Assembly: GCA_035391225.1 (NCBI GenBank)
Contig: DAOPKN010000001.1
Coordinates: 119,007-183,006, forward strand
DNA: 64,000 nucleotides
Direction of reading: 5' to 3'
Origin: Thermotogota bacterium
Lineage (GTDB): Bacteria > Thermotogota > Thermotogae > MWEM01
This document shows positions 18,081 through 27,193 of this stretch, piece after piece. Each line of letters opens with the position of its first letter. Positions within the stretch are counted from its first letter, which is position 1. Under the pieces are notes generated by a model. That model was not told the DNA's origin, made no database searches, and saw only the letters and a program-made list of their open reading frames with translations. A program made the translations under genes and the position numbers.

Positions 18081-19655
18081 ATGGAAAGACTGAGCTTGAA
18101 CGTAGACCGAGCACTGGTTTCCCAAGCCAAGGATTTGGCCCGCGGAATCGTGGAGGACGTGTTTGGGTTTATCTCCGACCATACCACTGATAGTATCGAA
18201 AGGGCTGTTGCGCGTTTCTTCGGCGTGGATGGTGTGGATTCGGAAAATGTGCCGCTCCCGAACGTTTTGATCCATCACCTCGAGCAGAAAGGGGTTTTGG
18301 ACCTGGGAAGCGCTTTTTGGATTGCAAACGGTTGCTTGGCAAAGAACCTTTCGCCCAACGAACTGGCCCTTGCCGTATCCCGCGGAGAGCTTGACCTCAC
18401 CCAAATTGCTGCGCAACCTGCCGATGCGGTTCAGGGATGGGTTTCGCGCATGTGCAAGCGTGCGGTGGATTACCTCGAAAACGTGCGCGACCAGCGGGAA
18501 GAGATGATCGAGAACATGACCGACCCCCCGCGCCCCTACCGTTACGTCATCGTGGCCACCGGCAATATCTACGAGGATGTCGTGCAGGCCCAGGCAGCAG
18601 CCAAGCAAGGTGCCGACGTGATCGCCGTGATCCGTTCCACCGCGCAAAGCCTGCTGGATTACGTTCCCTTCGGAGCCACTACGGAAGGTTTTGGCGGAAC
18701 CTACGCCACGCAGGAGAATTTCCGGATCATGCGCAAAGCCCTGGACGAGGTATCGAAGGGGGAAGAGAGGTACATTCGCCTCGTGAACTACGCCTCGGGG
18801 CTTTGCATGCCCGAAATCGCCATGATGGGTGCCTGGGAAGGACTGGATTTTTTGCTGAACGATTCCATGTACGGCATCCTGTTCCGGGACATCAACATGA
18901 AGCGTACGTTCGTGGACCAACACTTTTCCCGGTTGATCTGCGCTCTTTCCCATATCACCATTAACACCGGTGAAGACAATTACCTCACCACTTCCGATGC
19001 CATTGAAAAAGCCTACGCTGTGACCGCTTCGCAGTTGATCAACGAGGCCTTTGCCAAGAAGGCGGGGATGCAGGAGAGCTACATGGGCTTGGGGCACGCC
19101 TTTGAGATCAACCCGGACATCAAGAACGGGTTACTGTACGAAATTGCACACGCGATGCTGGCCCGGGAGCTGTTCCCGAAGGCGAGCTTGAAGTACATGC
19201 CCCCTACCAAGCACATGACCGGAAACATCTTCAAGGGGTATGCCATGAACACCCTGTTTAACCTTGTGTCGGTGTTGACCGGTCAAGATATCCAGTTGCT
19301 CGGGATGCTCACCGAGGCCATCCACACGCCTTTCTTGCAGGATCGTTTCCTTGCGCTGCAAAACGCGGATTACGTTTTTCAAAACGCGCGCAACCTGGGC
19401 AACGAACTGGGATTTCGCGGGGGAGGCTTCGTGGAAAAGCGTGCCAATGAGGTGCTGAAACAAGCCTTGAACCTTTTGGAACATGTTTCGGACGTGGGAC
19501 TCATGAAATCCATCTCCGAGGGTCATTTCGCGGATATCCAGCGGGGGGAAAACAGGGGCAAGGGGCTGGCAGGCGTGGTGAAAAAATCCGTGGATTACTA
19601 CAACCCCTTCTTGGAGGAAATCCAGCGAAGGCTGGGAATGGAGGGGACACGATGA
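18081..19655 (+). CDS. kamD: D-lysine 5,6-aminomutase alpha subunit (PLP/TIM-barrel subunit)
   Basis: Strong family signature YVIVATGNIYEDV...AAAKQGADVIAVIRST.QSLLDYVPFGATTEGFGGTYATQENFR...YIRL.NY.SGLCMPEIA; about 524 aa. Start at MERLSLNV with AGGAGG RBS (ORF track start 18024 lies inside ruvB). Confidence 0.85.
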   Translation: MERLSLNVDRALVSQAKDLARGIVEDVFGFISDHTTDSIERAVARFFGVDGVDSENVPLPNVLIHHLEQKGVLDLGSAFWIANGCLAKNLSPNELALAVSRGELDLTQIAAQPADAVQGWVSRMCKRAVDYLENVRDQREEMIENMTDPPRPYRYVIVATGNIYEDVVQAQAAAKQGADVIAVIRSTAQSLLDYVPFGATTEGFGGTYATQENFRIMRKALDEVSKGEERYIRLVNYASGLCMPEIAMMGAWEGLDFLLNDSMYGILFRDINMKRTFVDQHFSRLICALSHITINTGEDNYLTTSDAIEKAYAVTASQLINEAFAKKAGMQESYMGLGHAFEINPDIKNGLLYEIAHAMLARELFPKASLKYMPPTKHMTGNIFKGYAMNTLFNLVSVLTGQDIQLLGMLTEAIHTPFLQDRFLALQNADYVFQNARNLGNELGFRGGGFVEKRANEVLKQALNLLEHVSDVGLMKSISEGHFADIQRGENRGKGLAGVVKKSVDYYNPFLEEIQRRLGMEGTR

Positions 19656-20431
19656 AAATCAACCTGAACCCGAAACTCCAACTGGATCCCCAACATGTTT
19701 CCTCCTACGGGGATGCCACGAACGATGGAGCGGTGCAGCTCTCCTTTACCCTTCCCGTACCTTTTGGCGGAGTGGCGAAGGAAGCCGCCAGGCGCTTCGT
19801 GATGAACATGGGTTTTCAAAAGGCGGAAGTGGTTTCCATGGAAGACCTGGGGGAAGGCTTCAGCTTTTTCGTGGTGTTTGGGCATACCTCCCTGGGGGTA
19901 GATATCTCGAACATTCACGTGGTGGAATTGGACTTCCAACACATGGAACGGGAGGAAGTGGATCGCTTTATCCAGCAGGGAATCGGCAGGAAAGTGGTGG
20001 TCGTGGGTGCCACCATAGAAAGCGATGCACACACCGTGGGGTTGGATGCCATCCTGAACATGAAGGGGTACCACGGGGACTACGGCCTGGAGCGGTACCA
20101 GATGTTTGATGTCGTGAACATGGGTTCGCAGGTATCTTGCGAAGACTTGATCGCAACTGTCAAGGAGGTTCACGCAGACGCCATCTTGGTTTCCCAGATC
20201 GTGAGCCAACGGAACATCCATATCCAGAACCTCACACGCTTGATGGAAATGATGGAGCACGAAAAGGTTCGCGACAACGTAGTGGCCGTCGTGGGAGGAC
20301 CACGGATCGGGCATGAGTTGGCGATCGAGTTGGGGTACGACGCGGGTTTTGGCCCGGGAACCGTTCCGAGCCAGGTGGCGAGTTTTCTCGTACTAAAACT
20401 GGTCGAACGAAAGGAAAGGGATCGGAAATGA
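19652..20431 (+). CDS. kamE: D-lysine 5,6-aminomutase beta subunit (B12-binding)
   Basis: 259 aa; N-terminal dimerization region and Rossmann B12-binding domain with DxHxxG motif (ESDAHTVGLDAI). ATGA overlap with kamD. Confidence 0.85.
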   Translation: MKINLNPKLQLDPQHVSSYGDATNDGAVQLSFTLPVPFGGVAKEAARRFVMNMGFQKAEVVSMEDLGEGFSFFVVFGHTSLGVDISNIHVVELDFQHMEREEVDRFIQQGIGRKVVVVGATIESDAHTVGLDAILNMKGYHGDYGLERYQMFDVVNMGSQVSCEDLIATVKEVHADAILVSQIVSQRNIHIQNLTRLMEMMEHEKVRDNVVAVVGGPRIGHELAIELGYDAGFGPGTVPSQVASFLVLKLVERKERDRK

Positions 20432-21498
20432 TGCCGGTAGGACACGAACCCCTGATTGGTTTGATCGGCCTGCCAATGGTGGGAAAGACCACCCTGTTCA
20501 ACCTTCTGAGTGGACAGCATCCGGACCATGTTTCGCACACTGGCGGAGAAACACGCGTGGTGCACGTTTTCGATGTTCGGGTGGAGAAACTTTCCCAGAT
20601 GTACAACCCCAAGAAAACGATTTTTGCCTCGCTGCAGTTCACCGATACCGATGGCCTCGATCCCAAGGCGGGTGCGCGGGAGAGGAACCGCGTTTTCGGG
20701 CAGATCCAAAAGGTGGATGCGTTGGTTTGGGTAATCGCCCAGTTCGATTCACTGGGATTGGACGCCTCACAGCAAGTGGAAGACATCCACTCGGAGATCA
20801 TTCTTCACGACTTGGAGCGCGTGGAATCCCAGATCCAACGGTTGGAATCTGCCAAGAGGAAACTGGAGCATGCGGAACAGGAAGCCCTGGATTTCTTGCA
20901 CCAACTCAAACTTCCCCTGGATGAAGGTGTTTTCCCAGATGTGTCCGAAAAAAGCGAGGAGTTTTTCCGGGCCCTTTCCTCGTACGGGCTTTTCTCGCTC
21001 AAGCCTTCCATGGTAGTTCTCAACAGTGATGAAAAGCATTTCCGAAAGGGAGTGGGCCTTTCGGAAGAATGGAAAAAGACCATTGCGCAGAATCACCTGG
21101 GTTGGATGGAAATCTGTGGCAAGTACGAAATGGAAATGATGGATTTGGAGGAGACCGAGCGGCAAGAATTCTTGCAAGACCTTGGGATCCGGGAAAGTGG
21201 AATCCAGCGCTTGAGCAAAATGGTGTTCGACCACGTGGGTTTGATTTCCTTTTTCACCGTTGGGGAGGACGAGGTACGTTCATGGACGGTGCACCGGGGA
21301 TGTTCTGCCAGGGAAGCCGCCGGCCGCATCCACTCGGACTTGGAAAGAGGCTTTATCCGTGCGGAAATCATGAAAACCGAGGAATTGTTGGAACAGGGCT
21401 CGGAAAAAGCGTTGAAGGAAAAGGGTTTGTTCAAGGTCGTGGGAAAAGAGCACGTCGTGGAAGACGGAGATATTTTGCACATTCGATTTAACGTGTAG
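20428..21498 (+). CDS. ychF: YchF/Obg-family GTPase/ATPase with C-terminal TGS domain
   Basis: G1 motif GLPMVGKTTLFN and C-terminal TGS region SWTVHRGCSAREAAGRIHSDLERGFIRAEI that closely matches YchF. Middle region is divergent. Start overlaps kamE stop (ATGATG). Confidence 0.75.
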   Translation: MMPVGHEPLIGLIGLPMVGKTTLFNLLSGQHPDHVSHTGGETRVVHVFDVRVEKLSQMYNPKKTIFASLQFTDTDGLDPKAGARERNRVFGQIQKVDALVWVIAQFDSLGLDASQQVEDIHSEIILHDLERVESQIQRLESAKRKLEHAEQEALDFLHQLKLPLDEGVFPDVSEKSEEFFRALSSYGLFSLKPSMVVLNSDEKHFRKGVGLSEEWKKTIAQNHLGWMEICGKYEMEMMDLEETERQEFLQDLGIRESGIQRLSKMVFDHVGLISFFTVGEDEVRSWTVHRGCSAREAAGRIHSDLERGFIRAEIMKTEELLEQGSEKALKEKGLFKVVGKEHVVEDGDILHIRFNV

Positions 21499-21524
21499 GT
21501 TACCAATTTTTTGGGGGGGTTGCA

Positions 21525-22616
21525 ATGAAAAGAGCGGTTTTGCTGTTCCTTGCTTTGGCGTTCGTGGGGGGGCTTTTCGCCAGCAGTTTCCATGGGATTT
21601 CCTTCGAAGAATGGAAAACCGTGCTGGAACTGGGGAGCCCGTCGGAGAAAAAGATGGCTTTGGAAGCCCTGGGAAACATGATCGAACCCCAGGCAGAACA
21701 AATTTTGCTTTCGTACCTGGAGCACCCTGACTTGGAACTGCGTTTTTCGGCGGTGTGGTCGCTGGGGCAGCTGTGTAGTTCCCAGGCTGCCACGAGCATT
21801 GCGTGGATGATGGGGGAATACCAGGACGTACGGATCGACGGTGCATTGGTGAACATCGGTTTTCCAGCTGTGCCTCCGTTGGTACTCAAACTGAAACTGG
21901 CCTACTTGATGAAGGAGATGGAACAAGGCATTCGTATTTCGCGGATCCTGGTGGATATTGGGGATCCCGAGGGATTGCTGGAAGTGGCCACTTTCTTGTC
22001 CAACTTGTTGGGGGACGAATCCTACAAGGGACACGCATCGAGCATGCTTTCGCAAATCGGGGAAAAAGCCGTAGAACCGCTTCTAATTGCTCTTCGGAGC
22101 ACCTACAACGACGAGGTGAAAGTCAACATCATCGGCACGCTGGTGCAAATCGGTGATGCCCGGATCCTTTCGGACCTGTACACCCTTTCTTCCCATCCCA
22201 ACCCGGCTATCCGCCGACATGTCGCCAATGCACTTGGTCGGATGCCTTCCCCGGACAACCTTCCCTACCTTTCCAGCATGTTACGCGACGGGGATCAGAG
22301 TGTTCGAATCCAGGCGATCGTTGCATTGGGCGAAATCAAAGATCCTTCTTCGGTATCTGCGCTCATGGGCCTGCTAACCGACATGTCTCCGGTGATTCGT
22401 GCCTACTCCGCCTACGCTCTCGGGGAGATCAAGGATGTGCGAGCCGTGTATCCCCTTATCCAACTGTTGAACGATGAATCCGTGCTGAAGACCGTGGATC
22501 CGCGCACCGGGAAGTCCATCGAGATGGCTGTGGCAGCATTTGCCGTGGAAGCTTTGAAGAAAATCAACGATCCCCGTGGACTCGACGAATTACGAAGAAG
22601 GGGATTGCTCGAGTAA
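21525..22616 (+). CDS. Exported HEAT-repeat (PBS-lyase-like) protein
   Basis: Signal peptide MKRAVLLFLALAFVGGLFA, then multiple ~30-aa HEAT-like repeats (xxVRxxAxxALGxIxDP). Confidence 0.7.
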   Translation: MKRAVLLFLALAFVGGLFASSFHGISFEEWKTVLELGSPSEKKMALEALGNMIEPQAEQILLSYLEHPDLELRFSAVWSLGQLCSSQAATSIAWMMGEYQDVRIDGALVNIGFPAVPPLVLKLKLAYLMKEMEQGIRISRILVDIGDPEGLLEVATFLSNLLGDESYKGHASSMLSQIGEKAVEPLLIALRSTYNDEVKVNIIGTLVQIGDARILSDLYTLSSHPNPAIRRHVANALGRMPSPDNLPYLSSMLRDGDQSVRIQAIVALGEIKDPSSVSALMGLLTDMSPVIRAYSAYALGEIKDVRAVYPLIQLLNDESVLKTVDPRTGKSIEMAVAAFAVEALKKINDPRGLDELRRRGLLE

Positions 22617-22643
22617 TTTTGCCCCGAAAGGAAGATGGAAACC

Positions 22644-23837
22644 ATGCCCAATTTTTCCTACAAGGCAACAGATATCAATGGCACGCGCTTGAACGGAGTG
22701 GTGACTTCCACGAACGAGGCAGCGGCGGTAAACTCGCTGATCAACAAGGGATACGTGGTTCTCTCGCTCAAGGAAGTCAAGTCGCACCGGATGAAACCGC
22801 TGTTCTCCCTGAAACTCATGGACTTGATGACGTTTTCCCGCCAGCTTGCCACCATGGTGGAAGCCGGGGTGAACCTTGCCAACGCCCTTGAGGTGTTAGC
22901 GGAGCAGGAAGTCTTTTCTCCCCGTTTTCGCAAGATCGTAACCAACGTTCTGGTGAACATCGAATCGGGGATGAGTTTCGCGGAAGCGTTGCAAAACGAG
23001 AAAGCCTTCGACGAAATTTTCATCAACATGGTGGACGCCGGGGAAACCAGTGGAACGTTGTCGGAAACGCTGGACAAGGTGGCGTCGTTCTACGAGTCAC
23101 AGAAAAGGTTGCGCGACGAAATCAAGTCTGCGACCACCTACCCCGCCTTCATCCTTGTTTTTGCGGTTGTGATGGTGGTGGTGATCACCTTCTTCATCCT
23201 TCCCAAGCTGGTGGAATCCTTTGGCACGGAACCGACCGGTATCATGGCGGTGTTGATGAAAGCCAACAAATTTATTGGGGACAACTGGATTATCGTGGTT
23301 TTGGCGTTGGTGGGATTGGCGATTGGTACCTTCTTTTTCCTCAAAACCTCCGCGGGAAAGTCCACGGTATCCGCCATCATGGGTGTGATTCCCGCGGTGA
23401 AGAACATCCGTCGCAACAGCTCCCTGGAGCGGTACTGTCGTACCCTGGCAGTGATGATGTCCACCGGTGTGGATATCATCAAGTCCTTGGACTTGGCAAG
23501 TAAGGCGTCAGGAGACATCCGATTCGAGAAAATCACCGAGACGATGACCGATTCCATCAAGGCGGGAACCAGTCTCGAAGCGGCATTCGATGATGCTGGG
23601 CCATTTCCGGGAATCGTTGTGGCCATGGTGGGTACGGGCGAAAGAACCGGTAAGATGGATGCGGTGTTGGAGAAGGTGGCGATTTTCTTTGAGGAGAAAG
23701 TGCGCACCTCGGTCAAACAGCTCGTTTCCTTGCTCGAGCCCGCCATGATCGTCTTCGTGGGGCTTTTCATCGCTTTCATTGCCTACACGATGTACAGCTC
23801 GATCTTCCAGGGGCAGCAGAACATCAGTGGACTGTAA
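22644..23837 (+). CDS. pilC: Type IV pilus assembly platform protein PilC (GspF family)
   Basis: Two GspF repeats and 3 TM segments; about 397 aa. Second ATG chosen for RBS spacing. Confidence 0.9.
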   Translation: MPNFSYKATDINGTRLNGVVTSTNEAAAVNSLINKGYVVLSLKEVKSHRMKPLFSLKLMDLMTFSRQLATMVEAGVNLANALEVLAEQEVFSPRFRKIVTNVLVNIESGMSFAEALQNEKAFDEIFINMVDAGETSGTLSETLDKVASFYESQKRLRDEIKSATTYPAFILVFAVVMVVVITFFILPKLVESFGTEPTGIMAVLMKANKFIGDNWIIVVLALVGLAIGTFFFLKTSAGKSTVSAIMGVIPAVKNIRRNSSLERYCRTLAVMMSTGVDIIKSLDLASKASGDIRFEKITETMTDSIKAGTSLEAAFDDAGPFPGIVVAMVGTGERTGKMDAVLEKVAIFFEEKVRTSVKQLVSLLEPAMIVFVGLFIAFIAYTMYSSIFQGQQNISGL

Positions 23838-23841
23838 TGGT

Positions 23842-24261
23842 TTGGGCAGGAAGCGCCCGGGGTTTACGCTGGTCGAGTTGCTGGTTCTCCTGGGCTTAAG
23901 CTGTTTTTTTGCGGGAACCTTCGGCGTGGCCGTGATACGGTCGGTGGGTTTCTTGGATGGATTTTCCGAACGGCTCTTTTTGAGCGAGTTCCGCTTGCGG
24001 TTCGAGCATACGCGCAAGGAAGCGCTCATGGCCCTGGAACCGAAGGAGCTCGTGGTGGAAAAGGGGAGCACCTGGTACGGTTATCGGTTTCCGCATCAGG
24101 TACGCGTTTCCTTCAATGCCGCGGGAATCATGGGAAAAGGACAAACCATTCTTTTGGAGAAAAATAAAGGGTGGCACTTCTTGACCATCCAGCCCGTAAC
24201 GGGTGAAATTTCTTTTCAAACGTGTGAAAGTTCCGGGAACACCGGGAATGGGGGGCGATGA
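23842..24261 (+). CDS. Prepilin-type (type IV pilin / pseudopilin-like) protein
   Basis: TTG start gives leader MGRKRPG followed by the cleavage/methylation motif FTLVELLVLLG (class III signal peptide). 139 aa; C-terminal part not assignable to a specific pilin. Confidence 0.6.
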   Translation: MGRKRPGFTLVELLVLLGLSCFFAGTFGVAVIRSVGFLDGFSERLFLSEFRLRFEHTRKEALMALEPKELVVEKGSTWYGYRFPHQVRVSFNAAGIMGKGQTILLEKNKGWHFLTIQPVTGEISFQTCESSGNTGNGGR

Positions 24262-25339
24262 CTTGCAGATCTTTAACCGCCGCGTTCTTGTTTTGGAAAC
24301 CAATAATTTCGTGACCAAGGCGCTTCTGGTTCGTATTGCGGCAAAGAAAGCCAAGATCCTCAAGAAGTACAAGAAGGTGCACACGCATTTCGAGGGCGAG
24401 TGGATTTCCGCAACGCAGTTGGAAACGATGAAAAAAGCCCTTGCCTTCATTGGGACCGACGTGGAAGATTATGTCGTGATTAACTTCCCTTTCGAACGCG
24501 TCATCAGTTCCGTGGAAACCATGCCCAACCTTGCGGAAGAGCAACTCAAGAATGCCATAAAATTCAAAATGTCCGAGGAATTCAACATCCCCGTGGCGGA
24601 CTTCATCATCGAGGTGGCGAAAGCTTCGCGCGGGGAGAAACCCCCTGCGGGTAACCGCCACTTGGCGTTTGCTACCCGCAAGAGTTCGCTGGAAGAATTC
24701 CTGAGCAAGGTGCTGGGGATTTCCAAGGTACCCGAGCCGGACATACTGATCCCGGATAGTTTGAAATACCTGGAATTGTTTGATGCGCGCTCGCTCCGCG
24801 AATCGGGTTTGCGGGACGAACGATTCAGCTTCCTTATCTGCATGGATTTGAACTACTCCGTGCTTTTCATCTTCAAAAACGGCTACCTGTGGAACCTCAT
24901 GGAAATACCCTATTCCCTCAAGGAGTTGATTGGGGCACTTGCGGAAAAATCCATCGACGTGGACGAAGTGGTTTCCGCGCTCGTGGAGGGTTCCGAGATT
25001 GGCTCGCTGAGCTACGTCAAGGAAGTGCAACCGGTGCTCGACCAGTCGTACCAGCAGTTCTTGTTCGAGGCGGAGAAATCCATCCGGAATTTCTTGATCG
25101 GCCAGAAAGTGCAGAATCCGTTGGGTCAAATCCATTCCATTTTCGTGACATCCCTGAATAATCGCTTGACGATGGACTTGGAGTTCCAAGCCCATCAAAT
25201 GCGCTTGCTGAACGGCATGCGTATCCAGCGGATTCCTTTGAAAGAGGACTTCCCCACCGAGCTTGATTCTTTCCGGACGGTGTTGGGGTTAGCGTATCGG
25301 GGGGTGAGGCAAATTGGTCGATGTAAATTTGTACAGTAA
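24248..25339 (+). CDS. pilM: Type IV pilus assembly protein PilM-like (actin-like ATPase fold)
   Basis: About 363 aa, located between the pilin and pilN-like genes; divergent from canonical PilM. Start assignment tentative. Confidence 0.55.
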   Translation: MGGDDLQIFNRRVLVLETNNFVTKALLVRIAAKKAKILKKYKKVHTHFEGEWISATQLETMKKALAFIGTDVEDYVVINFPFERVISSVETMPNLAEEQLKNAIKFKMSEEFNIPVADFIIEVAKASRGEKPPAGNRHLAFATRKSSLEEFLSKVLGISKVPEPDILIPDSLKYLELFDARSLRESGLRDERFSFLICMDLNYSVLFIFKNGYLWNLMEIPYSLKELIGALAEKSIDVDEVVSALVEGSEIGSLSYVKEVQPVLDQSYQQFLFEAEKSIRNFLIGQKVQNPLGQIHSIFVTSLNNRLTMDLEFQAHQMRLLNGMRIQRIPLKEDFPTELDSFRTVLGLAYRGVRQIGRCKFVQ

Positions 25340-25922
25340 GAAAAAACCACGCTTGAAATTGCTCACGGTTCTTATCCTAACGGGGATCCTTGTGCTTCCG
25401 GTTGCCGCGTTTCGCATAACCCTTTGGTCGCTGCAAATGGTGGAATTCAACCGGCTCCAGAGCCAGTACCCAATCGCAGCGAGGGAAATGCAATCGTTTC
25501 GGAGTTCCGAATTCGCCGCAGCCAGGCAAAGATTGGACCAGCAGGAACGCAACCTGAGCGCGATGGTCACACGCGTACGGGCTGAAACCGCAAAAGTGGA
25601 AAAAGACCTGGTGTACGCAGGTACGGTGCAAAGGGTCTTTTCCAGTTTTTCCGACAGTTTCTCCCAAACGGGGAACGGGGAAAAAGTTTTCTTGAACCGT
25701 ATGGCGGTTTCCAGGGGAAGCACAATGGATATGAGCTACTACGACATACCGTTTGCCGAAGAAAGTACCCAAACCCTTTCTTTATCCTTCGATTTCCATC
25801 AATCTTTCATGGAAAGCCTTTTGAAAACATTCCCCGCACCGGACGCAGACGCACAGGAAATCAATTTCCTTTTCTTGAACGCATTGTACAACCAGCTTTC
25901 CTTGGACCTGAAGGGGATGTGA
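25314..25922 (+). CDS. pilN: PilN-like bitopic membrane protein
   Basis: MVDVNLY start, single TM (LLTVLILTGILVLPVAAF), periplasmic coiled-coil/ferredoxin-like region; position after pilM. Confidence 0.55.
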   Translation: MVDVNLYSKKKPRLKLLTVLILTGILVLPVAAFRITLWSLQMVEFNRLQSQYPIAAREMQSFRSSEFAAARQRLDQQERNLSAMVTRVRAETAKVEKDLVYAGTVQRVFSSFSDSFSQTGNGEKVFLNRMAVSRGSTMDMSYYDIPFAEESTQTLSLSFDFHQSFMESLLKTFPAPDADAQEINFLFLNALYNQLSLDLKGM

Positions 25923-25926
25923 TCGC

Positions 25927-26424
25927 ATGAAGATGCTATCGATTCAACGTCTCTTCGGCATTCTGATCGCCCTGGGGGTGTTTGTCGCGGGGGTGGTTTT
26001 GCTGGACCTACTGCCCTTCTTGAAATTCCAAGAGGAATCCAACGCTTTGCGGGAAGCTGCCCAGATCTACGAGACGACGTACCGCACGTTGGAGCTGGAG
26101 AAGACCAAGTACGCGCAGTACAGTGCCTTGGAGCAAAAAAGTGCCGAGGAATTCGACGGATTGCAAGCCATTTTCCGGCAAGCCGGTGCCCCCTTGGAAC
26201 CGCACGGAGATTCCTTCGTGTTCAGTGGGTGGGTGGATGGAAATACCCTTGCCCGGGTGCTGAATTTCCTGGGGGGGTGCTCCACCTTGGTGCTGGAATC
26301 TTTCTCTTTCGAAAGCCAGAGCCCGCTGCCCATCATGATTGGGAAGGCCGAGTCTTTCCCGGTGCGGGTTGACTTGTTCCAGGTGAAGCGGGTCCCATAC
26401 GATGTTTCCCTGGTAAAGAGGTGA
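25927..26424 (+). CDS. pilO: PilO-like bitopic membrane protein
   Basis: N-terminal TM (LFGILIALGVFVAGVVLL), coiled coil, C-terminal domain; position in cluster. Confidence 0.5.
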   Translation: MKMLSIQRLFGILIALGVFVAGVVLLDLLPFLKFQEESNALREAAQIYETTYRTLELEKTKYAQYSALEQKSAEEFDGLQAIFRQAGAPLEPHGDSFVFSGWVDGNTLARVLNFLGGCSTLVLESFSFESQSPLPIMIGKAESFPVRVDLFQVKRVPYDVSLVKR

Positions 26425-26425
26425 T

Positions 26426-27127
26426 GTGATGCCGAAAAAAAAGAATGCCAAGAAAGGCCAAAGTTCCCAACTGGTTCGCATCGTTGCGCTCGTGGTGATC
26501 GTAGGGATATTTGGTGCGGTTGTGGTTTTCTACACTTTGCCCCAGTTGGGCATCAACCTGTTTGGAGGAGGGAAGAAGCCTGCCTCCACCTCCACGCGTA
26601 CGGTGTCCACGCGGACCACCACGACCACCGTGAAACCCCCGGAAACGAAACCCGTTTCGGGTGTGGATCCCCAGGCGGAGAAAACCATTCTGCAAAACGT
26701 GAAAGAAGCCATTGCGAGTGCGGGACCTTCTGCGCAGCTTTCGTACTCCCAGGATCTTTTTGAACCCTTCCTGATCCAGCTGGAAAACCGAGAAGAAGTG
26801 GAAAGACTGCTGTTTTCAACGGGTGAGGGGATCCAAACTCTTGCGGATACAACGTTTGTATCCTTCTTCGATGGAGGTACCGAACCGGAAACTATGGCAT
26901 GGGTCCGGATGCGAAGGTACCAAAACCAGATCATTGAACTGAAAACGAACGACCTTTTGCCCGGCACCGATGATATGCAAGTGCTGGACATAAGCCAGCA
27001 AGGCATTTTAATCTACAAGTATCCCGAGGTAAATGAAGAGGGGGCTGCCACCAAACCTCAATTGTACCGGGTTCTGGCAAAACCGTTTGAAGAGATGGGA
27101 AGGATGCGTTTCCCGCTCAACCCGTAG
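26426..27127 (+). CDS. Hypothetical membrane-anchored protein with Thr-rich linker (PilP position)
   Basis: Lys-rich N-terminus, TM (LVRIVALVVIVGIFGAVVVFY), linker TSTRTVSTRTTTTTVKPPETKP, C-terminal domain; no clear homology. Confidence 0.5.
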   Translation: MMPKKKNAKKGQSSQLVRIVALVVIVGIFGAVVVFYTLPQLGINLFGGGKKPASTSTRTVSTRTTTTTVKPPETKPVSGVDPQAEKTILQNVKEAIASAGPSAQLSYSQDLFEPFLIQLENREEVERLLFSTGEGIQTLADTTFVSFFDGGTEPETMAWVRMRRYQNQIIELKTNDLLPGTDDMQVLDISQQGILIYKYPEVNEEGAATKPQLYRVLAKPFEEMGRMRFPLNP

Positions 27128-27147
27128 GAGCCCGATTTGGAAAGGAA

Positions 27148-27175
27148 GTAGAAACAAGTAGAAACAAGTAGAAAG
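27148..27175. repeat. Tandem direct repeat (GTAGAAACAA x2.8) immediately upstream of pilQ
   Basis: gtagaaacaa gtagaaacaa gtagaaag, 19-46 nt upstream of the pilQ start codon. Confidence 0.9.
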
Positions 27176-27193
27176 ATATAGGGGGGAAAATCC

